From Terriglobia bacterium (GTDB lineage Bacteria > Acidobacteriota > Terriglobia > 20CM-2-55-15), in NCBI GenBank assembly GCA_965198225.1, contig CBDAOY010000005.1:320001-384000 (forward strand): a DNA stretch of 64,000 nt, read 5' to 3'. The notes beneath the pieces were generated by a model. The model saw only the letters and a program-made list of their open reading frames with translations. It did not search any database and was not told the origin of the DNA. This document shows positions 1 through 10,177 of this stretch, one piece after another. Each line of letters starts with the position of its first letter. Within the stretch, counting starts at the first letter, position 1. Both the position numbers and the translations under genes were made by a program.

Positions 1-807
1 CAACGGCGATTTCGAACGGAATCCGATGAACGGCGGGCCGTCGGCTACGAACACCGTGTAGGCGTCCAAGGGCTGCCCCTTGTTTACAAGAAACTCCACA
101 TAAGGAAAGCGCTCCTGAGACCGTGTCTCGAACGTCCGCAATCGATTCCAGGCCAGTTCGGCCCCCAACTCGCTGTTCTGGCCGATGAAGTAACCCATCG
201 CAGTGAGGTTTGCCCCTTTCGTGTTCGGGACATGGGTCGCCACGATCATCTCGGGGTCTTCGTAGAACCTCCAGACCAGATCGAGGACCTGGGTCAGGTA
301 GCTCACGTCCAGATCGGCCGTACGCCGCAACTCGAAATCCGCCGCCTCGAGATCCCCCATCCGGATGTAAAGGTTGGCAGCCGCCCAGTGCATCTGCGCC
401 CAGTTCGGATCCATCTCGAGCGCCTTCCCCATCGCACCACGCGAGGCCTCGACATCGCCTTCCTGCTCGTAGAACTTCGACAACTCCAACCAGTGCCCGG
501 ACCGGTACGGGTTCAGTCGGACCGCTGCCAGGTATTGTTCCTTGGCCTTATCCAGGTCCAGATAGAGGGTCGAGTAGTTGTAGATCTGAGCGAGGGCGAA
601 TCGATAGTCGGCGTTTTCGGGATCGTACTCGATGGCGCGTTCGTAGATGGCGGGATCGGGAGTCCTGTCCCGCGTGATCCACGCGGCCAGGAACAGCCAC
701 CAGGTCTGGTAGAACATGAAACCGCACGCCGACAGCGTCAATACGATCGCGATCACCTTGCGGGGCCAGGTGTCGAGTTCGATCTCCCACTTGTTCCTAG
801 AAGTCAC
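1..807 (-). CDS. TPR-repeat protein with N-terminal membrane anchor (runs off the window edge)
   Basis: Manual translation from GTG at 807: MTSRNKWEIELDTWPRKVIAIVLTLSACGFMFYQTWWLFLAAW...YERAIEYDPENADYRFALAQIY...AVRLNPYRSGHWLELSKFYEQEGD...KALEMDPNWAQMHW. Open to position 1; absent from the ORF track because it has no stop in the window. Confidence 0.75.
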   Translation of the reverse strand, partial: MTSRNKWEIELDTWPRKVIAIVLTLSACGFMFYQTWWLFLAAWITRDRTPDPAIYERAIEYDPENADYRFALAQIYNYSTLYLDLDKAKEQYLAAVRLNPYRSGHWLELSKFYEQEGDVEASRGAMGKALEMDPNWAQMHWAAANLYIRMGDLEAADFELRRTADLDVSYLTQVLDLVWRFYEDPEMIVATHVPNTKGANLTAMGYFIGQNSELGAELAWNRLRTFETRSQERFPYVEFLVNKGQPLDAYTVFVADGPPFIGFRSKSPL

Positions 808-821
808 TGGCGATCGCGGCT

Positions 822-1940
822 CTACCCCCGCTGCTCCGGCGGGACCCACTTCAGGATGGGTTCCGGACCCGTGTAGTCGGCCCTTGGACGAATCAACCGA
901 TTGTCGGAGTATTGTTCCAGAACGTGCGCGGTCCAGCCGGCCATCCGGCTGACGGTGAAGAACGGCGTAAACAGGTCGATCGGGAGGCCGATCACGTAGT
1001 ATGTGCTGGCGGAGTAGAAATCGACGTTCGCGCTGAGCTTTTTCTCGGCGTTGATGATCTTCTCGATGTGCGATGACATGTCGAACCACTTCGTATCGCC
1101 GGAACGCTCGCCCGCTTCCTGAGACATCCTGCGCAGATGGGTCGCCCGCGGGTCCTCCGTCGTGTAGACGCGGTGTCCGAAGCCGGGGACCTTCTTCTTC
1201 TCGGCGAGCATCGCGTGGACGGTTTCGTCGACCTTCGAATCGTCACCGATCTCCAGCAACAACCGCATGACGTTCGCGTTCGCGCCGCCATGCAACGGGC
1301 CCTTGAGCGCTCCGATACCGGAAGTCACGGCCGAGTATATGTCCGACAGCGTGGCCGATGTCACCCGCGCCGCGAACGTCGACGCGTTGTACTCATGGTC
1401 GGCATGGAGGATCAGGGCGATGTCGAGCGCCCGCTCGATGACCTCGTTCGGTTCCTCGCCACTCAACATGTAGTAGAAGTTTCCCGCGTGGCTCAAGTCC
1501 GAGCGCGGCGCGACGGGCTCCTCCCCATCCCGCAGCCTGGCGATCGCGGCAACGAGCGTCGCGGTCTGGGCCGTGACCCGCATCGCTTTCCGGTTGTTCG
1601 CTTCTGTTGAGCTGTCCTCCGCATCCGGATCGAACAACGCCAGCGCAGACACGGCGGACCGAAGTGCCGCCATCGGGGGTGCGGACTTTGAAAAATGCCG
1701 GATGATCGCGCCGACTTCGTCGGGAATGGCTCGGGAGTCCGCCATCTGCTTCGAAGTGTCGGCGAGTTCGCCGGCCTTCGGCAGGCTTCCAAACCACAGC
1801 AGGTGAGCTGTCTCCTCGAAGGTGGAATTAGGAGCAAGCTCGTGGATGTCGTACCCACGGTAGGAAAGTAGCCCTTTCGCCCCATCGATGTAGCAGATCC
1901 CCGATTGACCCGCTATGACATCTTGAAGTCCTGCTGGCAT
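822..1940 (-). CDS. gltA: citrate synthase
   Basis: GLQDVIAG, LSYRGY, HADHEYNASTF, GPLHGGAN, GFGHRVY, NVDFYS motifs; GGAGG RBS. Confidence 0.95.
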   Translation of the reverse strand: MPAGLQDVIAGQSGICYIDGAKGLLSYRGYDIHELAPNSTFEETAHLLWFGSLPKAGELADTSKQMADSRAIPDEVGAIIRHFSKSAPPMAALRSAVSALALFDPDAEDSSTEANNRKAMRVTAQTATLVAAIARLRDGEEPVAPRSDLSHAGNFYYMLSGEEPNEVIERALDIALILHADHEYNASTFAARVTSATLSDIYSAVTSGIGALKGPLHGGANANVMRLLLEIGDDSKVDETVHAMLAEKKKVPGFGHRVYTTEDPRATHLRRMSQEAGERSGDTKWFDMSSHIEKIINAEKKLSANVDFYSASTYYVIGLPIDLFTPFFTVSRMAGWTAHVLEQYSDNRLIRPRADYTGPEPILKWVPPEQRG

Positions 1941-1993
1941 TTGCCGTCCTCCTTAGTTTGAATCACTAGAGCAGCCAGTACCGGGGCATCATT

Positions 1994-2746
1994 TTATTGG
2001 TTTGAGGGGGGAGTTTCTACTTCCAATTCGGCTCCGGCCCGGACGCGGAGGCGATCGGCCGCCGACGCCTGACTCATGGAAACCTCGACATAGCCGCTGC
2101 TGCCGACGATCAGGAACAGCTCTCCGGACGGCGCCGCAGAAAAGGAGGAATGTGTCTTTCGGATCTCGCGACCGCCGAGCCGGACGACGGACGTCGGGCT
2201 CAGGTCGTCCGGCCGGAGACTGGTGACAATGTTGCCGAACTTATCGACATGAAGAACACGCGGCCGGTCGCTGGCAGGCGCGAGGCTCAGGAAATCCCGG
2301 ATCCGGGGGCCTACAGACTCTAGCGGCGCACCCATCGCCAGTCGAGCCGCCACGGGCGCAAAGATGTCTCGCCCGTGGAATGTCGTGCTTACGGGATCCA
2401 GGAAGTACTCCTCGTTCGTGATGTGATGCAGGTCCCCGTCCTCGTCCAGGCACAATGACAACAGCCCGTTGTCCGGACCGACGAACAGGCTGCGCCCGTC
2501 GGACCCCGCAATCGGTCGCCGTTGGGAGCCGACTCCGGGGTCGACAACAGCGACATGGACCGTACCAGGCGGAAAGAATCTTGCCGCCGAAAAAAGAACG
2601 AAGGCGCCCGCCAGGACGTCGTGCGACGACACGCCGTGGCTGATGTCGACAACCCGGGCTTCGGGCACGATTCCCAAGATCACGCCCTTCATGCAGCCGA
2701 CATAGCCGTCGGCGGTCCCGAAGTCCGTGGTCAGAGTGATGATCAT
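1994..2746 (-). CDS. SAM hydroxide adenosyltransferase / chlorinase-fluorinase family (DUF62)
   Basis: IITLTTDFG, VAVVDPGVGS, GPDNGLL, TFHGRDIFAP, VDKFGN motifs. Confidence 0.9.
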   Translation of the reverse strand: MIITLTTDFGTADGYVGCMKGVILGIVPEARVVDISHGVSSHDVLAGAFVLFSAARFFPPGTVHVAVVDPGVGSQRRPIAGSDGRSLFVGPDNGLLSLCLDEDGDLHHITNEEYFLDPVSTTFHGRDIFAPVAARLAMGAPLESVGPRIRDFLSLAPASDRPRVLHVDKFGNIVTSLRPDDLSPTSVVRLGGREIRKTHSSFSAAPSGELFLIVGSSGYVEVSMSQASAADRLRVRAGAELEVETPPSNQ

Positions 2747-2823
2747 GCTAAGATCGGTCCAATGTCCGAAGTTCAAAGTCGAGCCTCTACTACCGTGATT
2801 TTGGACGTCGGACTGCTCGACCT

Positions 2824-4005
2824 ATGAGACAAGTTTACCTCGACAACAACGCGACGACCGCGCTGCGGCCCGAGGTGCTCGATCGGATGCAACCGTTCTT
2901 TCTCGAGCACTACGGCAACGCTTCGTCGATCCACCGTTTCGGCCAGGAAGCGAAGGCCGCGATAGACGATGCTAGAGGGCAGGTCGCGCGATTGATAGGA
3001 GCACAGACCGCGGAAATCGTCTTCCTGAGTGGCGGAACCGAGGCTGACAACCTCGCGATCCGAGGGATCGTCGAGTCGCAGGCACCCAAAGGCCGCCATA
3101 TTATCACGTCACAGATCGAGCATCATGCGGTCCTGCACACGTGCAAAGAGCTGGAAAAACAGGGCTTCGAGGTGACATGGCTCCCGGTCAGCCGGGACGG
3201 ACTCGTCGATGCGGACATGGTCCGGAGGGCAATTCGTCCGGATACGATTCTGATCACGATAATGCACGCCAACAACGAGATCGGCACGATACAGCCCCTC
3301 GAGCGGATCGGCCAGATCGCCGCCGACGCTGGCATCTGCCTCCACTCCGACGGGGTTCAGGCAACCGGAAAGATCCCGGTCGACGTGAAGGCCCTCGGCG
3401 CGCATCTGTACTCGATGTCGGGCCACAAGCTCCACGGTCCGAAGGGTGTGGGCGCGTTGTACGTCCGCAAGGGCACTCCTCTCAAGCCCCAGATGACCGG
3501 GGGTGGACACGAACGGAACCGCAGGTCCGGGACAGAGAACGTCACCGCGATTGTCGGGTTCGGTGCGGCCGCGGACCTCGCCCGACGTGAACTGACGGAA
3601 GAGATGAACCGGGTCGGGAGGCTCCGTGACACCATGGAGGAGGGCCTGCGGGCGGCAATACCCGACATCCACGTCAACGGCGAGAACGGGCCGCGGCTGC
3701 CGAACACGTCGAACCTCATGGTCGACTACGCTGAAGGCGAAGGCCTCGTTATTTCGCTGGACCTGAAGGGTATCGCGGTCTCGACCGGGTCGGCCTGTTC
3801 GTCGGGTTCGCTGGAACCCTCCCATGTCCTGACCGCGATCGGAAGGACTCCCGACGAGGGGTTTGGGAGCCTCAGGATCAGCCTGAGCGCCCTGACAACG
3901 CGGGAGGAGGTCGAATATTTACTCGAGGCCCTGCCCGGCATTGTCGAGAGACTTCGAGAGCTCTCGCCCTACTACAGGAAGTCCGGATCTGCCCAGAGAC
4001 GCTGA
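2824..4005 (+). CDS. iscS: cysteine desulfurase (IscS/NifS)
   Basis: YLDNNATT, SGHKLHGPKG (PLP Lys), RSGTEN, STGSACSS. Confidence 0.95.
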   Translation: MRQVYLDNNATTALRPEVLDRMQPFFLEHYGNASSIHRFGQEAKAAIDDARGQVARLIGAQTAEIVFLSGGTEADNLAIRGIVESQAPKGRHIITSQIEHHAVLHTCKELEKQGFEVTWLPVSRDGLVDADMVRRAIRPDTILITIMHANNEIGTIQPLERIGQIAADAGICLHSDGVQATGKIPVDVKALGAHLYSMSGHKLHGPKGVGALYVRKGTPLKPQMTGGGHERNRRSGTENVTAIVGFGAAADLARRELTEEMNRVGRLRDTMEEGLRAAIPDIHVNGENGPRLPNTSNLMVDYAEGEGLVISLDLKGIAVSTGSACSSGSLEPSHVLTAIGRTPDEGFGSLRISLSALTTREEVEYLLEALPGIVERLRELSPYYRKSGSAQRR

Positions 4006-4007
4006 CG

Positions 4008-4364
4008 ATGAGTTATTCCGAAAAGCTCCTGGACTACTTCGAAAATCCGCGCTGTGCGGGAGAGATCGCCGACGCCGATGTGGTCGCGGAGGTCAGCAAT
4101 CCGGTCTGCGGAGATGTCATGAAGCTGTGGATCAAACTCTCCGGTGAGCACGTCTCGGATGCAAAGTTCAAAGCGCAGGGATGCACCGCCGCGATCGCGA
4201 CGAGTTCGTTCGCGACCGAGATGCTGATCGGGATGGATATCGAGCAGGCGCGGGGGATCAGTCGGGAGGAAATCGCAGATGCCCTGGGCGGCCTGCCGGC
4301 ATCGAAGATGCATTGCAGCGTTCTGGCTTCGGACGCGATACGGGAGGCCTTGAGAGACCTGTGA
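4008..4364 (+). CDS. iscU: Fe-S scaffold protein (IscU/NifU N-terminal type)
   Basis: NPVCGD, GCTAAIA, KMHCS: three conserved Cys. Confidence 0.9.
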   Translation: MSYSEKLLDYFENPRCAGEIADADVVAEVSNPVCGDVMKLWIKLSGEHVSDAKFKAQGCTAAIATSSFATEMLIGMDIEQARGISREEIADALGGLPASKMHCSVLASDAIREALRDL

Positions 4365-5452
4365 TTGCTGTCGCTATGAGTGGCGGCGTCGATTCATCGG
4401 CCGCCGCGGCGTTGTTGAAGGCACAGGGGCATGACATCGTCGGGTTGTCGATGCAACTCTGGAATCAGCGGCGCAAACTCGGCGCGGACGCCGACGCGGA
4501 TGCGGAAGTTCGCCGCACGGGACGTTGCTGTTCGATCGATGACGTCTGGGATGCCCGGCGGGTAGCCAGCCACATCGGCTTTCCGTTCTACGTCCTGAAC
4601 CTCGAAGACAAATTCGAGCAGACCGTCATCGCGCCTTTTGTCAGCTCGTACTTGAATGGCGAGACTCCAAGCCCATGCGTCCTCTGCAACAACTACGTGA
4701 AGTTCCATCACCTGATGGACAAGGCGGCACAAATCGGCGCCGACCGCGTGGCCACGGGTCACTACGCCCGTGTCCGGTTCGACGAAGCACTCGGGCGGTG
4801 GCTTTTGCTTCGCGGACGCGATGGTGGGAAAGACCAATCCTATTTCCTGTTCGGTCTGACGCAAGCCCAACTGTCGAAGACGGTTTTTCCGCTCGGCGAG
4901 CTCCAGAAGGCTGAGGTGCGGGAGATCGCCCGGAACGCGGGCCTGCCAACCTACAACAAGCCGGAGTCGCAGGAAATTTGCTTTGTTCAGGGCCGTTCCT
5001 ATGCCGACTTCGTGGAGAAGTACTCCGAGACGACATCAGGTGATAGAGGGGAGATCGTGAACCTGGCGGGAGCCGTCGTCGGATCCCATTTGGGCATTCA
5101 CCGCTACACGGTCGGGCAAAGGAAGGGTCTGATGGCTACCGGGAAGCCGCAATACGTCGTCCGTATCGAGCCGGCTTCGAACCAGATCGTTGTCGGAGAC
5201 GACGCGGATACGGCCGAACAGCGCTTTGCCGTACGGGATGCGAATTGGATCGCGATCGAGCGGCCCTCCGACCCGATCCGCTGCAGCATCCAGATCCGGA
5301 ACCGGTTCGAGCCGCAGGCCGGCAGCGTCTTTATCGAAGACGGAAGGACGATCGTCCGTTTCGACACCCCGCAACGTGCCGTCACTCCTGGCCAGGCCGC
5401 CGTCTTCTACTGGGACGACGTCGTGGTCGGCGGCGGTTGGATCGTGCGCTGA
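4361..5452 (+). CDS. mnmA: tRNA 2-thiouridine synthase
   Basis: AMSGGVDSS, PCVLCN, ATGHYA, KDQSYFL, SQEICF, TPGQAAV; GTG start overlaps iscU stop (GTGA). Confidence 0.95.
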   Translation: MIAVAMSGGVDSSAAAALLKAQGHDIVGLSMQLWNQRRKLGADADADAEVRRTGRCCSIDDVWDARRVASHIGFPFYVLNLEDKFEQTVIAPFVSSYLNGETPSPCVLCNNYVKFHHLMDKAAQIGADRVATGHYARVRFDEALGRWLLLRGRDGGKDQSYFLFGLTQAQLSKTVFPLGELQKAEVREIARNAGLPTYNKPESQEICFVQGRSYADFVEKYSETTSGDRGEIVNLAGAVVGSHLGIHRYTVGQRKGLMATGKPQYVVRIEPASNQIVVGDDADTAEQRFAVRDANWIAIERPSDPIRCSIQIRNRFEPQAGSVFIEDGRTIVRFDTPQRAVTPGQAAVFYWDDVVVGGGWIVR

Positions 5453-5453
5453 T

Positions 5454-5635
5454 TAACCGGATTGCACGGACAGGAAGAAGCTAGCCACGGATTACACGGA
5501 TTGCACGGACAGGCAGAACCCTATGGTCTGCCCTCCGAAAGACCACTCCCAATCCGTTAAATCCGTGCAATCCGTGGCAATCCGTGGCTGAATTCATCCG
5601 CGCAATCCGTGGCTGGATCTCTCCGCGCAATCCAG
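5454..5635. repeat. intergenic repeat family B (ACGGATTRC 9-mer arrays in inverted arrangement around a conserved spacer)
   Basis: gccacggattacacggattgcacggac...aatccgtgcaatccgtggc; near-identical copies at 27617-27790 and 34733-34885. Confidence 0.85.
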
Positions 5636-5639
5636 GTTC

Positions 5640-6281
5640 ATGGACAATTATTTCAACTACTTCACCGAAATCGAACGGTATTACCAGTCCAAGCGCGAGA
5701 GTTTCACGCTCCTTTCGACCCTGGACTGGGTTCTGATCGAGAGTTGGAAGGACCAGGGAGTGCCGCTCGAACTCGTCCTCAAGGGAATGGACCGTGCCTT
5801 CTCCAAGGCCAAACGTAAGGTGAGCTCGCTGGCCTACTGCGCGAACGCAATCTCAGAGGTCGTCAACGAGCAGAAGAACCTGCGTACGGAAGCCCCCGAT
5901 CTGCCCGAATTCTCGACGGATGAAGTCGCCGCCTATCTCGCGGGACTGGCTGATCAGATCGCACCGCTGGGAAAAACCTTTCCGGAATTCGAATCTCGGT
6001 TCTCGCAGATCGCGAGTTCCATCCGCAGTCAGGAGGGTTCGGACCTTCAGGCAGGTGAACAGGCCCTCAACGCGCTGGAAGAGAAACTGATCGCCATCAT
6101 CAAGATCGCAGCCGATGAACGTATCTTGATCGATGTCGGGAGGGAAGTCGAGCGCAGCCTGGCATCGTTCCGTCGAACGATGACCGCCGAGCAACTGGCC
6201 ATGCTCGAACAGCAGCTCTGGAAGCGGAAACTGATGGAACGCTACAACGCCCCCCGCCTCAGCCTCTTCTACTTGATTTGA
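5640..6281 (+). CDS. conserved hypothetical protein (possible DnaD-like N-terminal domain)
   Basis: 213-aa ORF with host-like codon usage; LSTLDWVLIESWKDQGVPLELVLKG...SLAYC. Confidence 0.75.
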   Translation: MDNYFNYFTEIERYYQSKRESFTLLSTLDWVLIESWKDQGVPLELVLKGMDRAFSKAKRKVSSLAYCANAISEVVNEQKNLRTEAPDLPEFSTDEVAAYLAGLADQIAPLGKTFPEFESRFSQIASSIRSQEGSDLQAGEQALNALEEKLIAIIKIAADERILIDVGREVERSLASFRRTMTAEQLAMLEQQLWKRKLMERYNAPRLSLFYLI

Positions 6282-6298
6282 CACGAACGGAAGAGGAC

Positions 6299-6384
6299 TA
6301 ACCACGGAGGCGCAGAGGCACGGAGTTCTTAGTATTTCAAGCAGACCCTGAGACGATCCTCCGCGCCTCCATGTCTCCGGGGTC
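6299..6384. repeat. intergenic repeat family A (CACGGAGG 9-mer arrays, inverted)
   Basis: aaccacggaggcgcagaggcacggag ... ctccgcgcctccatgtctccgggg. Confidence 0.8.
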
Positions 6385-6416
6385 CAAAACAGGTTCGCGA
6401 TGTCAGTGCCTTCGCG

Positions 6417-7583
6417 GTGAAACGCCAAATGCGTATCAAGATCGAGAAACTGGTCTATGGTGGGGCGGGCATGGCCCGGACCAATACGGGGGTCGTGTTC
6501 GTGCCGCGCACCATACCTGGGGAGTTGGTCGAGGCGGAAATCGTCGACCGCAAGAAGGACTATGCCCACGCGCGGCTGGTAGAGATACTCGAACCGTCCG
6601 AGGACCGCAGGGGTCCGTCCTGCCCGAACTTCGAGACCGTGGGATGCTGCGGCTGGGATCACATTGCCTACGAGCGACAGCGTGCTCTAAAGCAGGAGAT
6701 CCTCTTCGAGAGCCTCGCGCGGCTGGGCAAGGTCGAATTGCCCGAACCGATCGAGTGCATTCACGGTCCGGAGCGCGAGTATCGGTTGCGAGCGAGCTTC
6801 CACGTCAGGGACCGCCGGCTGGGATTCATGAAGGAGGGCACGAATGACGTCGTCGCCATCGACCGTTGCGCGGCGTTGATGCCGGAACTGAACAGCTTCA
6901 TCAGCGTGGCCTCCGAGACGCTGACCCAGCCGGGACTCGAGGGGACCGACACCGTCCGAGCCGTTGTCTCGCCCGAAAAGGGAGAGGTCGCCGCGACTTT
7001 TCTCCGGGGTCGAGAACGGGCGCGATGGACCCACCGGGATCCGACGACCACGGTCGGCGGGATAGAGTTCCGGCTGAACCCGGATACCTTTTTCCAACCC
7101 AATCGATTTCTGCTCGAGAGGTTCGTGTCCGTAGTCGTCAATGCGGCGGGGGCTCCCGATATCACACTGGACCTGTTTTGTGGGAGCGGCTTCTTCTCGC
7201 TGCCCCTGGCAAAACTGTCCTCCCGGCTGTTGGGCGTCGACCGGCGCTCGATCCGGACCGCCCAAGGGAATGCCCGTCGGAATCGAATCGCAAACGTGGA
7301 GTTCATCAAGGCGTCGGCATGGGCGTTCCTGGCGAACTCCGACATCCGACCGGACCTGGTCGTTCTGGATCCGCCGCGCTCGGGTGCCGGCCGGAATATC
7401 GTCAAGAGGGTCGCCGGCCTCAGCCCGAAGCGGGTCGTGTACGTCTCCTGCAACCCGACAACTTTCGCCCCGGAAGCACGCCTGCTGCTGGAAACGGGGT
7501 ACGCCCTCACGTCGATCACATTTATAGATGAGTTTCCCAATTCCCACCACATAGAGACCGTCGGGCTGTTTGAACGAGCATGA
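6417..7583 (+). CDS. TRAM-domain RNA (uracil-5)-methyltransferase, RlmD/TrmA family
   Basis: IEKLVYGGAG TRAM start, FFQPN, LDLFCGSG, VLDPPRSG, YVSCNP, FPNSHHIE. Confidence 0.9.
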   Translation: MKRQMRIKIEKLVYGGAGMARTNTGVVFVPRTIPGELVEAEIVDRKKDYAHARLVEILEPSEDRRGPSCPNFETVGCCGWDHIAYERQRALKQEILFESLARLGKVELPEPIECIHGPEREYRLRASFHVRDRRLGFMKEGTNDVVAIDRCAALMPELNSFISVASETLTQPGLEGTDTVRAVVSPEKGEVAATFLRGRERARWTHRDPTTTVGGIEFRLNPDTFFQPNRFLLERFVSVVVNAAGAPDITLDLFCGSGFFSLPLAKLSSRLLGVDRRSIRTAQGNARRNRIANVEFIKASAWAFLANSDIRPDLVVLDPPRSGAGRNIVKRVAGLSPKRVVYVSCNPTTFAPEARLLLETGYALTSITFIDEFPNSHHIETVGLFERA

Positions 7584-7636
7584 AGGGGCGGCCGGCGTGG
7601 TGATATAATGAAGCCGCCCCCTGCCAAGATCCCTGT

Positions 7637-10177
7637 GTGCGTTGGCACCACTATATCCTCGTGATGTTGGCGGCCACCCTAGAGTCTGCGCGGCAGAAGA
7701 AACCCGGTACCTGTGTGCTAAGTGCTGCGCACACACACATGCTGTGGTCACAATGACCCAAAATCGTTCTACCGCGCAGACTCCTAGCCGCACTGATCGT
7801 GGGCATCGTCGCTTCACCCCACCTGGATCCGTTCTTCGTCTGGCTGACCCTGATTCCGACGCTTCTGATTTCCTTCCTCCGTCCCAAATGCCTCTTGCTT
7901 GCCTTCTGTCTAATCGGAGCCGGCCATCGCGCAAACCAGGAAGTCCGGCCTCCGGTAATCTTAGATGACGGATACCCCCGGCGGGTCGTCGCCGTGCTGG
8001 AAGGACCGCCCGAATGGAGGGATCCCGGTTACCACTTCGATGTCGACATCCGGACGCTCGACGGAAGACCATGGCGGGGTCGAGCCCGACTCTCCTTTTT
8101 CCCCGACGACGACAGGCTGGACGACCTGTTCAGTAAACTGGAGTTGGGAACCGGAGACCGCGTCGAAGTCCTCACCCGACTTCGCCCTCCACGCTCCTAC
8201 CGCAATCCCGGCGTGTTCGACTACCGGCGCTACCTGGCCCGTCACGGAATATTCTGGGCTGGTTCGATCCGAAACCCCCGGTTGATTCAGGTCCTCAACG
8301 GATCCTGGCACGGTGAGGACAGATTCCGGAAGTCGGTCACCGAACGCATCGGCCGGTTCTTCGACTCTGACGAAACGATCCGGGGTCTGGTACTGGGTAT
8401 GGTGCTCGGACAGCGTCGGAGACTTCCGGCCGATGATGTCCGCCGGTTTCAGGCGGCCGGCCTGATTCACCTCCTCGTCGTGTCCGGGTTCAACCTCGCG
8501 GTCGTGGCCGCGAGTGCGCTGTGGCTCGGGCGGCGGCTTCGGTTCGGACGGTTCCAGCGAGCCGGACGATATCTCTTCGCACTCGTCGCAATCCTGACCT
8601 ACGCCGCTCTCGTCGATGGCCAGAGTCCCGTCGTGCGGGCCACGCTGATGGCATCGATCCTGATTCTAGGAAAGCTGATGGACCGTGGTTACTCCATCGG
8701 AAACGCGCTCGCGGCGAGCGCTATCCTGATTCTGATCGCGGACCCGTCGGCGCTGGAGGATCCCAGCTTCCAGCTCACATTTGCGGCGGTACTGGCCATT
8801 CAAGTACTCGGAGTGCCGCTGATTCGGTGGCGTCTCGGGTGGCTGCGGCTGGCTTTGCGGAGTTTCTCCAGGACGGAACCGGACATGGCGGTGCCGTCTG
8901 ACGTTGCCGATTGGCGTGTGTCAAGACGCCTCCGGTGTGAGTTCGGCGGATGGCCGCACACGACGATCACCCTACCGTGGACGATCCTCGCGGCGTTCGC
9001 CGAAACGGCCCTCGTCACCCTGTCGGTACAATTGGTCCTCGTCGGGTTCATGGTCGAATCTTTTAACCTGCTCTCCCCCATCACGGTCCCGCTCAACGTG
9101 GTAGGCGCGGTCGTCGCCGCTGTCATCACGCCGCTCGGTCTTCTCCTGATCCTCCTGCCCCACTTCGCGGGTCTTATCGTCGCCGGACTCATGTCTGCGC
9201 TGCTCCATTTCCTGATCTTGTCGGTCGATCTGGGCCTGCGAGTCCCAGGAGCCAGTTTTCGGGTACCGTCCCCTCCCGGCGAGGTCTGGGCAATCTACGC
9301 CCTGACCGTTCTCTCGTTCATGTTCTCCATCCGACGACGCTCGCCCCGGGCGGCGCTGTTGAGCCTGGCAGCTGCCTACACTCTGCAGGCTTTGATCGTC
9401 GGCGCGGATTTCGACCCGGTTCCGCCGCGACACGCCACCTTGACCTTCCTGGACGTCGGCCAGGGGGATTCGAGTCTGGTCGAACTCACCGATGGCACGC
9501 GCGTTCTCATCGACGGAGGGGGTTCCACCACGGCACGCTACCGGTCAGCTGAGGGCCACGGGACGTTTTCTGTGGGAGAAGACGTCCTGACGCCCTACCT
9601 CTTCTCGCGCGGCATTCGCCGCCTGGACGTCGTCGCGCTGACCCACGCCCACCAAGATCACATGGGCGGTCTGTTCGATCTGATCCGGAATTTCCGGATT
9701 GGTGAGATCTGGCTCGGGCGGAACCCCATGACGGCGCGCTACCGCGAGTTGTTGCAGGAGGTGTATGAACACCAGATTCCCATCCGCTGGCTTCGGGCGG
9801 ACGATCGAATCAAAGGTTTCGAAGTGTTGAACCCGCCGCGGGACTGGAAAGCGGCCGGCAGGGTAAAGAATGACGACTCGCTCGTCTTGCTCTTGAGAAC
9901 CGAGGACGGGTCTGCGCTATTGACCGGGTATCTCGAACGTTCCATTCCGGCACCGGACTTCGTAGAAGTGCTCAAAGTGCCGCACCATGGCAGCAAGAAC
10001 ACAAACCTCCGGGTTCGTGCGCAACTACCGGTCATCTCCGTCGGAGCCAACAACCCGTTCAGACACCCCCACCCGACCAAGCTGCCGGCCCTCCGCACCG
10101 ACATCCTGGGAGCCATCCAGGTCGTGCTGACCCCGGACGGCCCCGTCGTATCGTTCCCTGGGCTGAAGGAAGAATAA
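7637..10177 (+). pseudogene. comEC: DNA uptake protein ComEC/Rec2 interrupted by a MITE (downstream part open 7799-10177)
   Basis: HLLVVSGFN, SFQLTF, FLDVGQGDS, THAHQDHMGG, KVPHHGS; in-frame TGA at 7754 inside the insertion. Confidence 0.8.
7682..7783. mobile_element. 102-bp MITE inserted in the 5' end of comEC
   Basis: 17-bp TIRs GAGTCTGCGCGG(C/T)AGAA with 1 mismatch; CTA duplicated at 7679-7681 and 7784-7786; removing it restores the comEC frame. Confidence 0.85.

Noticed and set aside
1994-2746. True fluorinase/chlorinase implying halometabolite synthesis
   Set aside because: It retains the DUF62 hydrolase-type FHGRD motif and has no biosynthetic cluster context.
6417-6670. Altered Fe-S motif (CPNFETVGCC) as a sign of rlmD decay
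   Set aside because: Three Cys remain locally and all catalytic motifs are intact; Fe-S motif variation is common in this family.
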